Shown: positions 27,340 through 40,190, counted from the first letter of the stretch. The stretch: DNA of 64,000 nucleotides from Felis catus (GCF_018350175.1 NC_058368.1:215204001-215268000); one strand, 5' to 3'. Notes: a model not told the origin generated them from the sequence alone. Program-made: numbers and translations.

Positions 27340-27548
27340 TATTTATTTTATTGTTTTAAAGCTTATTTATTTATTTTGATCAGGAGAGGGTCAGAGGGAG
27401 AGAGAGAGAATCCCAAGCAGACTCCACACTGTCCATGCACTGCCAATGCAGAGCTCACTGTGGGGCTTGATCCCATGAACCATGAGATCCTGACCTGAGC
27501 TGAAAGCAAGAGTCAGATGCTGAACCAACTAAGCCACCCACGCACTCC
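27340..27548 (-). mobile_element. Older CanSINE
   Basis: agagaatcccaagcagactcc...gagtcagatgctgaaccaactaagccaccc. Confidence 0.88.
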
Positions 27549-28052
27549 TCAAAAGATAATTTTAATACTTACTGCCATTAAAGCATATTATCAGGCCATT
27601 ATAATATATTTGTTGACAGTATCACTGTTACATTCTTTGGAAATAAGACTTAATTCAAAAATGCCATTGGAAAAGAATCCAGCTTTTCAAAATCTTGAAA
27701 GAGAGAGTCAACAGACATAGAGATAAATGTTTAATTTTGGAAAAGCAATCTCTCAAGTGTATAAATATGACATAAAAATAATCACTGCCATTTATAAACT
27801 TAAGCAAATGCATTTAGTTACCATAATAAAAACAAGTTTGGCAAAAAATTTTATTGCTGGAAAAGTAATTGAATACTGAAATCAATAAATATTTACATAA
27901 TATGTGGAAAACCAGATACAATCTTTCCCTTGTACTTTGAATTAAGTGCAACCGGACTGAAGGATTATGTCCAATTATGACTTCCGAAGTTAAAGAAAAG
28001 GTTCATGACATAGGATGGAATAATATGTAGGTTGCCCAAGAAGATATGTGGG

Positions 28053-28771
28053 GATACCATCCATTTACATTCAGAATAATTATGGAAAGATATGAATTAA
28101 GTGCCATTGTGGTGTCTGTAGATTTTGTGTTTTTGGTGATGTCTTTGGTCCTTTGTAGCCTTTGTTGCTTTCCACTCACAGACCCAGTAATTGCACTACT
28201 AGGAATTTACCCAAAGGATACAAACATGCTGATTCAAAGAGGCACATACACCCCAATATTTATAGCAGCACTATCAACAATAGCCAAATTATGGAAAGAG
28301 CCTAAATGTCCATCAACAGATGAATGGATTGAGAAGATGTGGTATGTAAATACAATGGAATACTACTCGGTGATGAAAAAGAATGAAATCTTGCTATTTG
28401 CAACAACGTGGTTGGAACTGAAGGTTATTATGCTATGTGAAATAAGTCAGAGAAAGACAGATATATGATTTCACTTATATGTGGAATTTGAAAAACTTAA
28501 CAGATGAACGTAGGGGAAGTGAAGGAAAAATAAGATAAAAACAGAGGGAGACAAACCATAAGAGACTTTTAAATACAGAGAACAAACTGAGGATTGATGG
28601 GGGTGGGAGGTGGATGGGTGGCTTACATGGGTGACAGGCATTAAGGAGGGCACTCTTTGAGATGAGCACTGGGTGTCATACATAAGAGATGAATCACTGA
28701 GTTCTCCTGAAGCCAAGACTACACTGTACATTAACTAACCTGAGAATAAAAAAAATAAAGAAAAAAAAAAA
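28053..28771 (+). mobile_element. Felid/carnivore L1 with 5' inversion
   Basis: Inverted ORF1/ORF2-junction piece (~28056-28181), then sense ORF2 C-terminus (DPVIALLGIYPK...ILLFATTWLEL), 3'UTR, poly-A; TSD aagatatgtggg at 28041-28052 and 28772-28783. Confidence 0.92.
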
Positions 28772-28838
28772 AAGATATGTGGGAACATACTTGCAAGAAA
28801 AACAGGTTAAATAGCAATACATGATGAGATTTATTTTA

Positions 28839-29058
28839 TTTAAAAAATTTTTTTAAATGTTTATTTATTTTTGAAGGAGAGAGAGACAGAGTGTGAGCAG
28901 TGGAGGGGCAGAGAGAGAGGGAGACACAGAATCCAAAGCAGGCTCCAGGCTCTGAGCTGTCAGCACAGAGTCCGATGTGGGGCTCGAAGCCACGAACTGT
29001 GAGATCGTGACCTGAGCTGAAGTCGGACGCTCAACCGACTGAGCCACGCAGGCGCTCC
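28839..29058 (-). mobile_element. CanSINE
   Basis: TSD atgatga(g/t)atttatttta. Confidence 0.95.
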
Positions 29059-29409
29059 ATGATGATATTTATTTTAATGTTTATATACTATAAACCTTGA
29101 GAACAAATGGGAGTTTTAACCTACAGCCTGACGGTAAACACTGGATCACTTAGTAACATTAGTAAAAGGAAAAATGGGATTAGTAAGAAGATTCATTTTC
29201 CAAACTTCTGTGTTGAAAAACTAGCATTGGTCATATCTGGGACAACATCTAGTCCTTGAATCAAAGGATGGATGGAGGGATGATGAGTAGTGATGCAGCA
29301 AACATAGTGATAAACCAAGACTTGTGTCATTAGAAAGATCATCTTAGACTTATACTGTGTCAATAGATTGTGACTTTCCTGAGGGGGGAAATGTAATATT
29401 CCTCTTCTA

Positions 29410-29575
29410 TTGTTCAGTGACCAAAACAAGTATTCTAGAACCAGATTGTCTGAGTTTAAATCCCAACTCTTCATTTTATCAATTCTGTTACCCTGGGATC
29501 AATTCATTTCTCCAGACCCCATTTTAAAATCTTTAAAATGAGAAAAATGACAAAGCCTGTTTTATGATATATTCT
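29410..29575 (+). mobile_element. MIR fragment
   Basis: ctagaaccagattgtctgagtttaaatcccaactct...taaaatgagaaaaatgac. Confidence 0.6.
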
Positions 29576-29952
29576 AACATCAACTTTTAGATTTCATAGA
29601 AGACCAACACAGATTAAGCTCTGCAAGTAAAATATCTCTTTTGGCATGTACTTAATTGACACCTTTGTTGATGTTTGTTTTTACAAACTGAACTGGTAGT
29701 ATAAAAAACAGCAAGGTTATTATCCTAAACTATATTCCAAAACTTTGGTGATGCTTATGTATGTACAAAATGTCCCTTGGTTACATTATAAGCCCAGAAG
29801 ATATTCTGAATGAAAGTCTAGACAAAACTATGATAGGCACTTGCAAAGTAAATGTACTCTTCCAACTTCTTATAGTACCATTTATCGCATTAAAATTTGG
29901 GGGGAGGGTGGAGAGGGTCTTGGATCTGAATCTTGAAGTAGCCACTTATTAT

Positions 29953-30054
29953 CATATACATACATATACACATATGTATGTATATGTATATATATACACA
30001 CATATATATGTGTGTGTGTGTGTGTATAGTAATTGTATATATACACATACATAT
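29953..30054. repeat. (TA)/(CA)/(TG) compound microsatellite
   Basis: Directly visible. Confidence 0.85.
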
Positions 30055-31233
30055 AGTGGAATAAATAGCAAGAAAAAATCCTCTGTTCATAAATAGGTAG
30101 TTTCCTCAGACTCTTGTCTGTTCTCCTACAAAGAGCAACAGTGTTAAAATGTATATAAAGATGGAGACTCTCTTGAACCTTTTAACACAAAACTTGAGAG
30201 GCTGATCAGACTCTTCCAGACTTTCTTTACACAGAAAACGTTAAAGAGCAAGGCTACCTTCAAAAGCAAAGCTACCTATCTGTCTCATTTATCATTTTAA
30301 AAACAATAATACAATTAAAAGGAAAATAAAAGAAATCTAAAAACAGAGAGGAAATAGCATATCTCTGCTTAGTGCTGTCTAAAATTCCTTCTTTTTCTCA
30401 AAAATTCAACTGCCAAGACTGATGACCCTGTTGTGTACTCTTGGATATAAAACTGAATTTACCAGATTTAAAAAAACCCAATAGCTTCTCATTGAGTGAA
30501 ATCCTGCCTGCAGGAATAAAATTCAGGCAGTCTGGAAGCCCACGCTTCTTAAAGGAATGGTATAACTGAAAAAAATTGGTAAATGGTTCACTTAAATTCA
30601 TAGTAATCCTTCAAATATATTCTGAAATTATTTGAAATTGGTGGAGAAACATGCAGGTAGCCAGGGTCACCAGAGGTGTTATGAGAAATCGAAATGGTTT
30701 AAACACCCTGCCATAAACTAAGAATGGCAGTCTACCCCTTGAAAGATATAGAATTACAACTTAGAACTGGGTGCCTTTGGGATTTCAGCAGGAGAGAAGT
30801 TTGTCCCCAGCTGGTAGGACCGCTCTTTCAGTAAATAATTTACCTTTCCATAAACTCAAAACTTACTATGTTTTTATGTACATTAAGACAAATCACATAT
30901 AGACCTTTTGCCTGCTGGTGTCTTTCTTTTAGTTATACCATTGTAATTATTTTTGCAAAACTACCATCTTTCTAAGAGGGAAGAGAGAGAAAAAAAATAA
31001 AGCCACTAAAATGGGTCATTTGGACTGTCGGTGGATTATTTATTTCAGAAGATCCAAAGCCTGCATGCCCTTATAAGAAAGTTCTTGTCGCTAATAATGT
31101 TCCCATCTCCACCTTAGCTTCCAAATTCCCTGAATTGTGGAACCAGCCCATCTGGAGTCAACAGGGAGACTCTTGTCACTTGTTCCTCTTTTCTTCTCAT
31201 GTCCCTAGCAAACCCCTTTTAGAACTAAGATAT

Positions 31234-31423
31234 GGGGTGTCTGGGTGGCCCAGTTGGTTAAGTGACTTTGGCTCAGATCATGATCTCATGGTGGTTTGTG
31301 AGTTCGAGTCCTGTATCGGGCTCTCTGCTGTCAGCATGGAGCCCATTTAGGATCCTCTGTTCCCCTCTATCTCTGACCCTCCCTCTCTGTCTCTCAAAAA
31401 TTAATAAATAAACATTAAAAAAA
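31234..31423 (+). mobile_element. Older CanSINE
   Basis: ggggtgtctgggtggcccag head, ttcgagtcc B-box-like motif, A tail. Confidence 0.9.
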
Positions 31424-32522
31424 AGCTGAGACACATATTAACACATTCAGGATTTTACAAGGTCAGGCTCATTATTACAGTCAAAGTTTCATCAATTAAC
31501 ATGAAATACGTGCTAACAGGGTGGAATTTTTTGATTCTAACTTACCCATGCTATTCATCACTAAATATTTTGATAACATTCAAGAAAGATTTGCTATGTT
31601 AAAATGTTGTCTCCAAAGTTAGTAAATATAGTCCTCAAAGTTAGGACATATATATAGTAAAAATATATGTCCCAAATTAGTAAATGAATAAAAGCCAGTT
31701 AGAGTGTTGTATCTGTCAAGTAACTGACTGATGAAGCATTTTTTATTTTTATTTCTTAACCAAATAAATGATGTGATAAAAATAACCATAGTCCAAGAGC
31801 AAACCACTGCCTCATACTATATGTTTGGTCATCTCACTTTGCTATGAACTGGTAATTTTTCATATATTTTTGGGCTAGATACTTTCATGGTGTGAAAATG
31901 TGAATTAGTTTTTACAATTTGCCTTCATTTTCTATTTTCCTAAGAGTGTCCTTTTAACTGTGTCTGAGTCCCAGTCCCTGTACAGAGAGCAGCATGAGAT
32001 TTCTGTATTTGTCCATTCAGCGTGGATTTCTAAAAAAAACCTTCAAGGAGTTTTAGTTCATCTATATCACATTCATGACTCATTCAGCTCTGATCTTTCC
32101 GGATTGTTCTTTCTATTGCAGATGTTCTGACTAAAAGATAATTCAGTTCGTAGTGTTGATTCTGACAGAAGAAAACATGAATTATGTCTTTAGTTTCATA
32201 AAAACAACACTTCTGGAGAATGGAATAAAACACATAAATATATTCACTCAAGACATTTTAAAACCTTAGGAATTAGAGCAGGTTTTATGACTATGTCAGG
32301 TAAAAATGGTATTAAAATATTTTGCAGTCCTTTATAGTATCTTTAGTTTAAAATAAAAAGGGCCTTTAAAAACAGCAGTATGAAATGAAATGTCAACTGT
32401 GTAGGATAGAAATTTGTCAGTAATACCAAGAGAATTAAGAAAGAAAGTACTCTCATAATTAAATAATTTTACTTCTGGAAATATAACCTAAAAAAATACC
32501 ACCACCCCCGACCACCAACGCG

Positions 32523-32554
<32 letters not shown>

Positions 32555-32562
32555 CACACACA
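32523..32562. repeat. (CA)n microsatellite
   Basis: Directly visible. Confidence 0.93.
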
Positions 32563-33309
32563 TATCTGTTACATTTTAATAAAGATGAGATGATTAGCAC
32601 ATACTGTAAGTCTCTGGAGCTCTAAATAACATGTAGCAATGATAAATAAATATTAAAATATAATAAAATTCACGACAGTGCTCAAAGGATGGCAAATTTC
32701 TCCGTAGTCCAAAGGTGGAAAAGAATCTTCACAATGTTATGTGAGGGATAATGTCATGGGGCTCATGATTTTCAGGAACAGCCCTGGGGAGATTGGATTC
32801 CAGTATGGTAACTAAGACTAAACTTCCCATTATGTCACTGATGATTAACTAAGGGACATCATTTTGTATTAGGATCTGGAGCAGTTTCCTGTACTCTCTT
32901 AAAATCCAGAGACAAACTGACAGCTTCCTGGAGTTGCCACGTTTAGAGTAGAAAGAAAGAAGAGAAGGCCACAAAATGGGACTTGCACCAAGGTATTCAC
33001 TGATTAAGTGAAAAGATCTATGACATTAATCATATGAGCTGAGCACAGAAAACCTCACTCTCATTAAGAAATGTACAAGACTGGGGTGACATGTTAGTTG
33101 GCCGTGGTGGCCATAACTAGGGACACACACACATGCAGAGAGATAGATGGCGGAAGGACAGAGAAGGAAAAAGAGACGCTCACATTCAGGATGAGTATAC
33201 AACAGAGCCCTTTTTTCCCAAAGAATTTGAAGAAAACTAGCGACTAAGAACAAATTATTATCAACTTACCTCACAATAAGTGTTAAGTGATAGATCACTC
33301 TAAACATAA

Positions 33310-33790
33310 AAAAAAGTATTTCCTCAAAGTGATAAAGGAATAAATAGCATACATAAAAATGATAAACTATAATATGGAAATAGCATATACTAATAAAAGC
33401 AGATATTTATTTTAAAAAAACCATTAAAAATTTTAGGAATAAAAATTATAATCACTGAATAATAAAAGGTAATATCACAATATTTAGGATGAATTCTAGA
33501 AATTACTCAGAAAGAATAAGAAATATGGAAGATAGTAGTAATTAAGTTACCCAAAATTCTGCACAAAAAGCAGAGGAAATAAAAGAATAAATGATATATT
33601 TAGAACCTCCAAAAATAGCTCCAGAAGTCAGGATTAGATGACATACTAGAGTTGCAATTTTTGAGGACATAATAACTGAGGTTTTTCCAGAATTGATGAA
33701 AAACTAGCTGAAAACTCGGTGAAGACTAAATAGGATAAATGAAAATAAGCTAACAAAAATAAGTGTATCAGTAATGACAGTATATCAAAA
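33310..33790 (+). mobile_element. Ancient L1 ORF1-region fragment
   Basis: A-rich, with ataactgaggtttttccagaattgatgaaaa typical of L1 ORF1. Confidence 0.45.
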
Positions 33791-33948
33791 GGACTGCAGT
33801 CACCTCAAGTCGGTATTTTTAAACTCACTTTTTTTTTTTGCTGTTTACTTGATTTACATATAAAATAAACCGATAGTAAATATTGGACCTCTAACTCTAA
33901 AATGCTAAGCATTGATCAAAAGAAAATACTAAGAGTACTATAGTACAG

Positions 33949-34252
33949 TGCATTAGTTACCAAAAATATTGCAGTTGTAACAAAATTACCACAAAAAGTG
34001 GCTTAAAACAGCACAAATAGATGACTTTACAGTTCTGGAGCTCAGAAGTCTGCAATCACTCAGGTTCTTTCTGGTGACTGGGGAGAATCTGTTTGCTTGC
34101 CTTTCATCTGAATAATCCAGAATAATCTCTCCATCAAGATTAAATTTAATTACATCTGTAATGTCTCTTTTGCCATTATATAAGGTAATATTCACTAGTT
34201 CCAAAGATTAGGCCATGGGCATTATTTTGGGGGCCATTATTGAGCTAACATA
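33949..34252 (-). mobile_element. MaLR LTR (MLT1C/D-like), internally deleted
   Basis: gtaacaaaattaccacaaaaagtggcttaaaacagcacaaat...ttacagttctggagctcagaagtc...gggccattatt. Confidence 0.8.
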
Positions 34253-34399
34253 GGCAGAAAATTAATAAGGAAACTATTTGGAGAAATATAATTCTTGTAT
34301 AAATAAATCTATACATTCGTTTTGCATCATTATCTGAATATAATTTTTCAAGAACTTAATGTGGAAGAGCAAATTATAAAAAAACAGTAAAAATAATGG

Positions 34400-34740
34400 G
34401 GATTTTTTTACTGGTTATGAAGATACACACATTTATAGTAATTAAGAAACAAGCAAAGAAATAGTATTTGCCAACTGGTATAGGGAAATGTGGGTTTACG
34501 TGGAAAAATGCAAATTAGATATTTACCTTATACCATAAAAATAAACTTCAGATAAAGGAGACACAAAGATACATAAAAAACCTGAAAGCACTAGAAGGAA
34601 ATAGAATTTCTTTACAACCTCCATATTATAAATAATTTTTTGAATCTAGCAAAAATATTAAAATTCTTAAAGAGGAAGGATAATACATCTGACCATGCAA
34701 AATTAATTGTCTGATTGATTAAGCAATGCCAAAAACAAAC
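34400..34740 (+). mobile_element. Ancient L1 ORF2 fragment
   Basis: aaattagatatttaccttataccataaaaataaacttcag, aaagcactagaaggaaatag. Confidence 0.5.
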
Positions 34741-35884
34741 AAAAACCAAAAAACCTACTCCCTGGCATAAAACATTTGTCACATTGTGGAGTTATAAAAT
34801 TGATATTATTGAACATAACATTCTTCGTTTACAGCACATGTGATTTTCAGCAAAATTAAAGTGATTAAAAAGTATCCACTTTAAGATTGATAAAAACTTA
34901 AGGTAAAACTGCGATTTTGGAATAATTGTTGTTAATACTTATTAAAAGAAGTCAACAAGAAGTTCTGAAGATACTTTTTTGATACGAAGATATATAATTA
35001 ATGCATATATTTATAAAAAGGGAAATTTTACTTTTCTCTCTAATTTCCTAACAGTCAAATGACAGCGTGTTACATAGGAAATTAAATACAGGGTCTCCAA
35101 ATTTTAATTACTTCTTTTTTCATTGGCAATGCTCTTTTCTCTTGAATTTTTCTAGAACTTTTTCATACTCTATCAACGTAAAACGTTATTTTAATAAACT
35201 TCCAAAGATGGTGACTAACTGCTAAACTTGAAATATTTTTAAGTTTTAGTATTAATGTATAAGATACATGTCAATACAGAGAGCCAATGAGTCTGAAAGC
35301 TGTTACTTTTAAGAAAGGAAATACTAATATTAAGGAACTTGATTTTAATTGATTCATTTTACTGTTTTGTCTCACTTAGCAAATTAAACGCTGTTATATC
35401 CATAAAAAATCACTTTAATAAAGTCCATTGATGAGGTAGCTGGCTTCAAAATCTTACTAATGGAAATTAAATAATCCTATTCTCATTCTTCTCTGAACAC
35501 AGAGGATAGCCAGTTATCACTGTCATGGTTTATTTGCATGAAAAATGCTTTTGTTGTTTTGATAATCTCATAATAAGTTGATTTGCACAGTGACTGTATA
35601 GGAGGAGAGAGCATTCTGTACCGTATTTTAAAATGAATTAAAATGAAGAATGTTTCTGAAATGAGCATTTATTATCTCAAGAGCCTGGGCCAATTAAACT
35701 TTTTTTTTTTTAATTAATGTATTCTGTACTAAAACAGAAAGCTTATAAGCCTGTCACTTCACTGTCAAAAAGAGCATTGGTATTTTTTTAAGGAGTTTTT
35801 ATCCTTTTGAAGTATTCAGAGGTTAGAAAATCATCTGCAAGGAATTCATTACAAGTGGTAATAAAGGTGATTAATATTTTGGTG

Positions 35885-35886
<2 letters not shown>

Positions 35887-35944
<58 letters not shown>
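35887..35944. repeat. (GA)29 microsatellite
   Basis: Directly visible. Confidence 0.95.
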
Positions 35945-35949
<5 letters not shown>

Positions 35950-36106
35950 AACTCATTTACCTCAGAAATAATCACTGTGACTTCATGAACAAAAGCTGCG
36001 TTTGAAGTTTACATAGTCCATCCAAGTATTTTGAAGCTCTTCTTCCTTTAAGGACAAACTATTAGGTGAGGTGAATTTGTAAATTAACTTTTAAAACACA
36101 TCCTCA

Positions 36107-36325
36107 GGGGTGCCTGGGTGGCTCAGTGGGTTAAGTGTCCCACTTCTGCTCAGGTCTGAAATCACCTTTTGTGAGTTCAAGCCCTGCATTGGGCTCTGTG
36201 CTGACAGCTCAGAGCCTGGAGCCTGCTTTGGATTCTGTGTCTCCCTCTCTCTCTGCCCCTCCCCCACTCACATTTTGTGTCTCTTTCTGTCAAAAATAAG
36301 TAAAAGATTAAAAAAAATTTAAAAA
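36107..36325 (+). mobile_element. CanSINE
   Basis: ggggtgcctgggtggctcag head, A tail. Confidence 0.94.
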
Positions 36326-36357
36326 ACACCCCCAAACTATCTTCCTGTTGCTCCCTG

Positions 36358-36540
36358 TCTCTTTCCCTTCCCTTCCCCTCTCCTCTCCTTCCCTTCCCTT
36401 CCCTTCCCTTCCCTTCCCTTCCCTTCCCTTCCCTTCCCTTCCCTTCCCTTCCCTTCCCTCCCCTCCCCTCCCCTCCCCTCCCCTTCCCTCCCCTCCCCTT
36501 CCCTCCCCTTCCCTCTGTCTTTTTTTTTTTTTTTATTTTT
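36358..36540. repeat. (CCCTT)n/(CCCCT)n polypyrimidine tract followed by poly-T
   Basis: Directly visible. Confidence 0.93.
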
Positions 36541-37397
36541 ACTTGATTGAATCCTGAAGCCTTTTAAAAAATCAAATCATTACCTTTGGGCCCATAGTTC
36601 CAAATCATTTTACACACTTGTGAACACTGTATGAGAAACTAGTCAATAGATAACCTCTCCAGTATGTGAGGGTTGTTCTAGGACCTGTGCTTTTCATGTA
36701 CATTTTAGAATCAGTTTGTCAGTATCTACCAAACAGCTTGCTAAGACACTGATTTGAATTGTGTTGAATTTGGTGATCAAATTGAGAAGAATAACATATT
36801 CACAATACTGAGTTCTCTAGTTCATGAACATAGAATATCTTGTCTTCTATTTAAGTCTTCTTTGGTTTCATTCATTGTTTTACAGTTTTACCTACAGATC
36901 CTGTAAATATTGCTTTGTATATTTACACCTAAGTACTTAATTACCTTTGGTGTTATTCTAGATAGTAGTTTTTGGTTTTGGTTTTGGTTTTTTGTTTGTT
37001 TTGTTTTTTAATTTGATGTCCCAATTGTTTATTGCTGGTATAAAGGAAAGCAATTGACTTGTGATTGGATGATGTTTGTGTTTTGGCGTTTTATACTATG
37101 ACCTTTGCATACTTACTTATTAGCTCCAAATGGTTTTTGTAGAATCTTTGTGGTTTTCTATAGAGACAATCCTGTAATATTTGAACAAAAATATTTATTT
37201 CTTCTTTTCAAATCTATTATTTTCATATCTTATTGCATTTGCTAAGACATTGGTATAATGTTGAATAAGAATGGTATGAAAGGACATCCTGGTCCTTTCT
37301 TAATTTAAACAGGAAATTGTTCACTTTCTCACCATTAAGTAGGAGGTTTAATGTAGATTTTTTGAGTATATTTTCTTTATTAGATTAAGGTAGTTCT

Positions 37398-37698
37398 AAG
37401 GGGATGGGTGTGCCCTTAGGCCCAGGGTAGGGAAGCTATAACAGGTTAGGAACCCACATCCAGAACAAGTTACAAAGTTAGAAACCTGGGGTAGGGGTCC
37501 GGGGCTCAAGAAAATACAAAACAAGGGATTGGATTGGGCCATCAGTGAGATGGAAGGGACGGGAGGAAGGTCTCTTCCAGCTGTGGTTCAACAGTAGCTT
37601 CAGGTCTGACCCTCAGAGTAGAGGGACCAGCCGGAAGTGGGGTAAGAGGGTGGGGGACCAGCCCCCTCCCTTCTTTGCCCCCAATTCCTGTTCAAGGA
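37398..37698. other. GC-rich non-L1 insertion of unknown origin
   Basis: Abrupt rise in GC; L1 sequence resumes colinearly on both sides. Confidence 0.7.
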
Positions 37699-38336
37699 TC
37701 TCAGTTACTTATTTACTGAGAGCTCTTATCATGAATAAATGTTTATTGAATGCTTATTCTGAATCTGTTGGCATAATCATATGTTTTATCTTATTCAGTC
37801 TGTTAATATAATGAATTACATTGATTGCTTAATAATTGTTAAATAGCCTTGCTTTTCTACAAATAACATCACTTGGTCATAACATATCTTCTTTATATAT
37901 TGCCAGATTTGATTCTCTAATATTTTAAGAATCTTTTGTCTACATTCATGAGAAATGTGTTTGATGTTTTCTTCAGTTGTAGTGTCTGTATCTGATTTTT
38001 ATTAGGGAAGTGGTGGCCTCACAAAATTAGTTGTGAAGTCTTACCTTTGCTTCTACGTTTTGAAAAAAATGTGGGGAACTGGTATCATTTCCTTCTGAAA
38101 TATTTAGTACAATTTACTAAATTTACCAGGAAAGCCATATATGGGTTTGGTGCTTTCTTTTGTGGATGTTTATTAATTTTTGATCCAATTTCTTTAATAG
38201 ATATGAGTCTATTTATCTTATCTACTTCTTCTTGTGTGAGTTTGTGTCTTTTGAGGACTTGATCAGTTTCATGTAAGTTATCAACATTATTAGCATAGAC
38301 TTGAATGTGTTATTTAAGTATCCTTTTAATGTCTCT

Positions 38337-38550
38337 CTCTTTTTTTTTTTAACGTTTATTTATTTTTGAGACAGAGAGAGACAGAGCATTAACGGGGGAG
38401 GGTCAGAGAGAGGGAGACAAAGAATCCCAAACAGGCTCCAGGCTCTGAGCTGTCAGCACAGAGCCCTACGCGGGGCCTGAACTCACGGACCGCGAGATCA
38501 TGACCTGAGCCAAAGTCGGCTGCTTAACCGACTGAGCCACCCAGGCGCCC
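38337..38550 (-). mobile_element. CanSINE nested in L1
   Basis: TSD ccttttaatgtctct at 38322-38336 and 38551-38565. Confidence 0.96.
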
Positions 38551-38694
38551 CCTTTTAATGTCTCTTTAATCAGTATCAACAAGCCCTTTCTCATTTCTGA
38601 TATTGGTAATTTGTGTTTTTTCTCTTTATTTTTTGGCTAGGCTGGCTGGTGGTTTATTCACTTTATTGATCTTTTCAGTGAACAACATTTAGTT

Positions 38695-39293
38695 GATACT
38701 TCTGATTGGTTATAAAACGGGGTTCCTACTACTTCCTCTTAAGGTTTGGTAATTTGCTAGAACTGAAAACTGAACTCAGAAAAACACAATGTACTTACTA
38801 GAGTTCAGGTTTGTTATAAAATAATACAACTCAGGAAATGCAGATAGAAGAGATTTATAGACCAAGGTATGAGGAAGGGGTACAAAGCTTCCATACCCTT
38901 TTTCATGTATGCCACCCTCCCGGTACCTTCGTGTGCTGATTAAATTATTGGCCATTGGTGATTGAACTCAACTGCCAGCCTGTCTTTCCTCCTCAGAGGC
39001 CTGGAGTGGGGTTGCAAGTTCCAACCTTCTAATCACTTGTTGGTTCCCTTTGCAACCAGGTTCCATCCTTAGGTTCTTTCCAAAAATCACCTCATGAACA
39101 TGAACTGGGGTTGAAACAGGTGTGTTATGAATAGCAAAGGATATTCCTTTGACTTTTATCTCTCCTTAGCTATTTTGGGAACTGGGAACAAAATCCAAAA
39201 ATGATAACAAAAGGTGTTTCCATCACTTTTGTTCTTATCATTTAGGAAATTACAATGGCCAGGAATAAAGACCAAAAATAAAAACATATTCAT
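38695..39293 (-). mobile_element. ERV solo LTR (MER21-like) nested in L1
   Basis: ggtttggtaatttgctagaac...gaactcagaaaaacac, ttggccattggtgattgaactca, aagttccaaccttctaatcac. Confidence 0.8.
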
Positions 39294-40190
39294 TAAATGC
39301 TATTAAAATTCCCTCTAATTTACTGTTTTCACTTTCCCCACAACTTTAGATAATTATGTTTTCATGTTTATTTAATTTAAAGAATTTGAAAATTTCTCTT
39401 GAGACCTCTTCTATGACCCGTTGATTATTTATGCTGTTTGTCTTCCAAATATTTGGGGGAAAATTCTAGCTATTTTTTGTTGTTGTTAGTAGTTGTTGTT
39501 CTTCTTCTTGATTTCTAGTTTAATTCCACATATTTGAGAACTTACTTAACATGGTTTGTATTTTTGTATATCTTTAAGTAGTGTTCTATGACAGAATGCA
39601 GCCTGTCTTGGTGAATATTCCATGTGAGCTTAAAAGGGTATATTCTCCTTTGAGCACTCTATAAATATCAACCAGATCATACTCAATTTTACGTCATCTG
39701 TATCCCTCCTAATTTTCTACCTGTTTCACCTGCAAATTAGTGATAGAGGGGTTTTGACGTTTCCAACTATTTCAGTAGATTTTTCCATTTCTGTTATCAT
39801 TATATCAGTTTTTATCTCATGTACTTTGCTTCATCTTTTGGTGCATAGGTGTTTAAATGTTTACATTTATTGGAGATTTGAACCATTGCTTATTATGTAA
39901 CAGTACATCTCTTTATCTTTGATGGTTTTCCTTATTATAAAATCTGCTAGGACTTAAATGAATGGTGTCACTTTAGCTTCCTTTTTATCAGTGTTAACAT
40001 GGTATCTATATTCTATTCTGTATTCTCTTGTAACCTGTCTGAATTTTTATGTTTAAATTGAGTTACTTATAGGTAGCATATATTTCTTCTTGTATTTTTT
40101 TATCCACTAAGATAATTAATCTTATTTTGCGTTTTTAGAATATTTATACTTAAAGTGATTATTGATATAGTTGGATTATTATCTACCAAT

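Noticed and set aside
29953..29986. Perfect 15-bp-arm hairpin catatacatacatat-acac-atatgtatgtatatg
   Set aside because: Expected by chance in TA/CA/TG microsatellite sequence.
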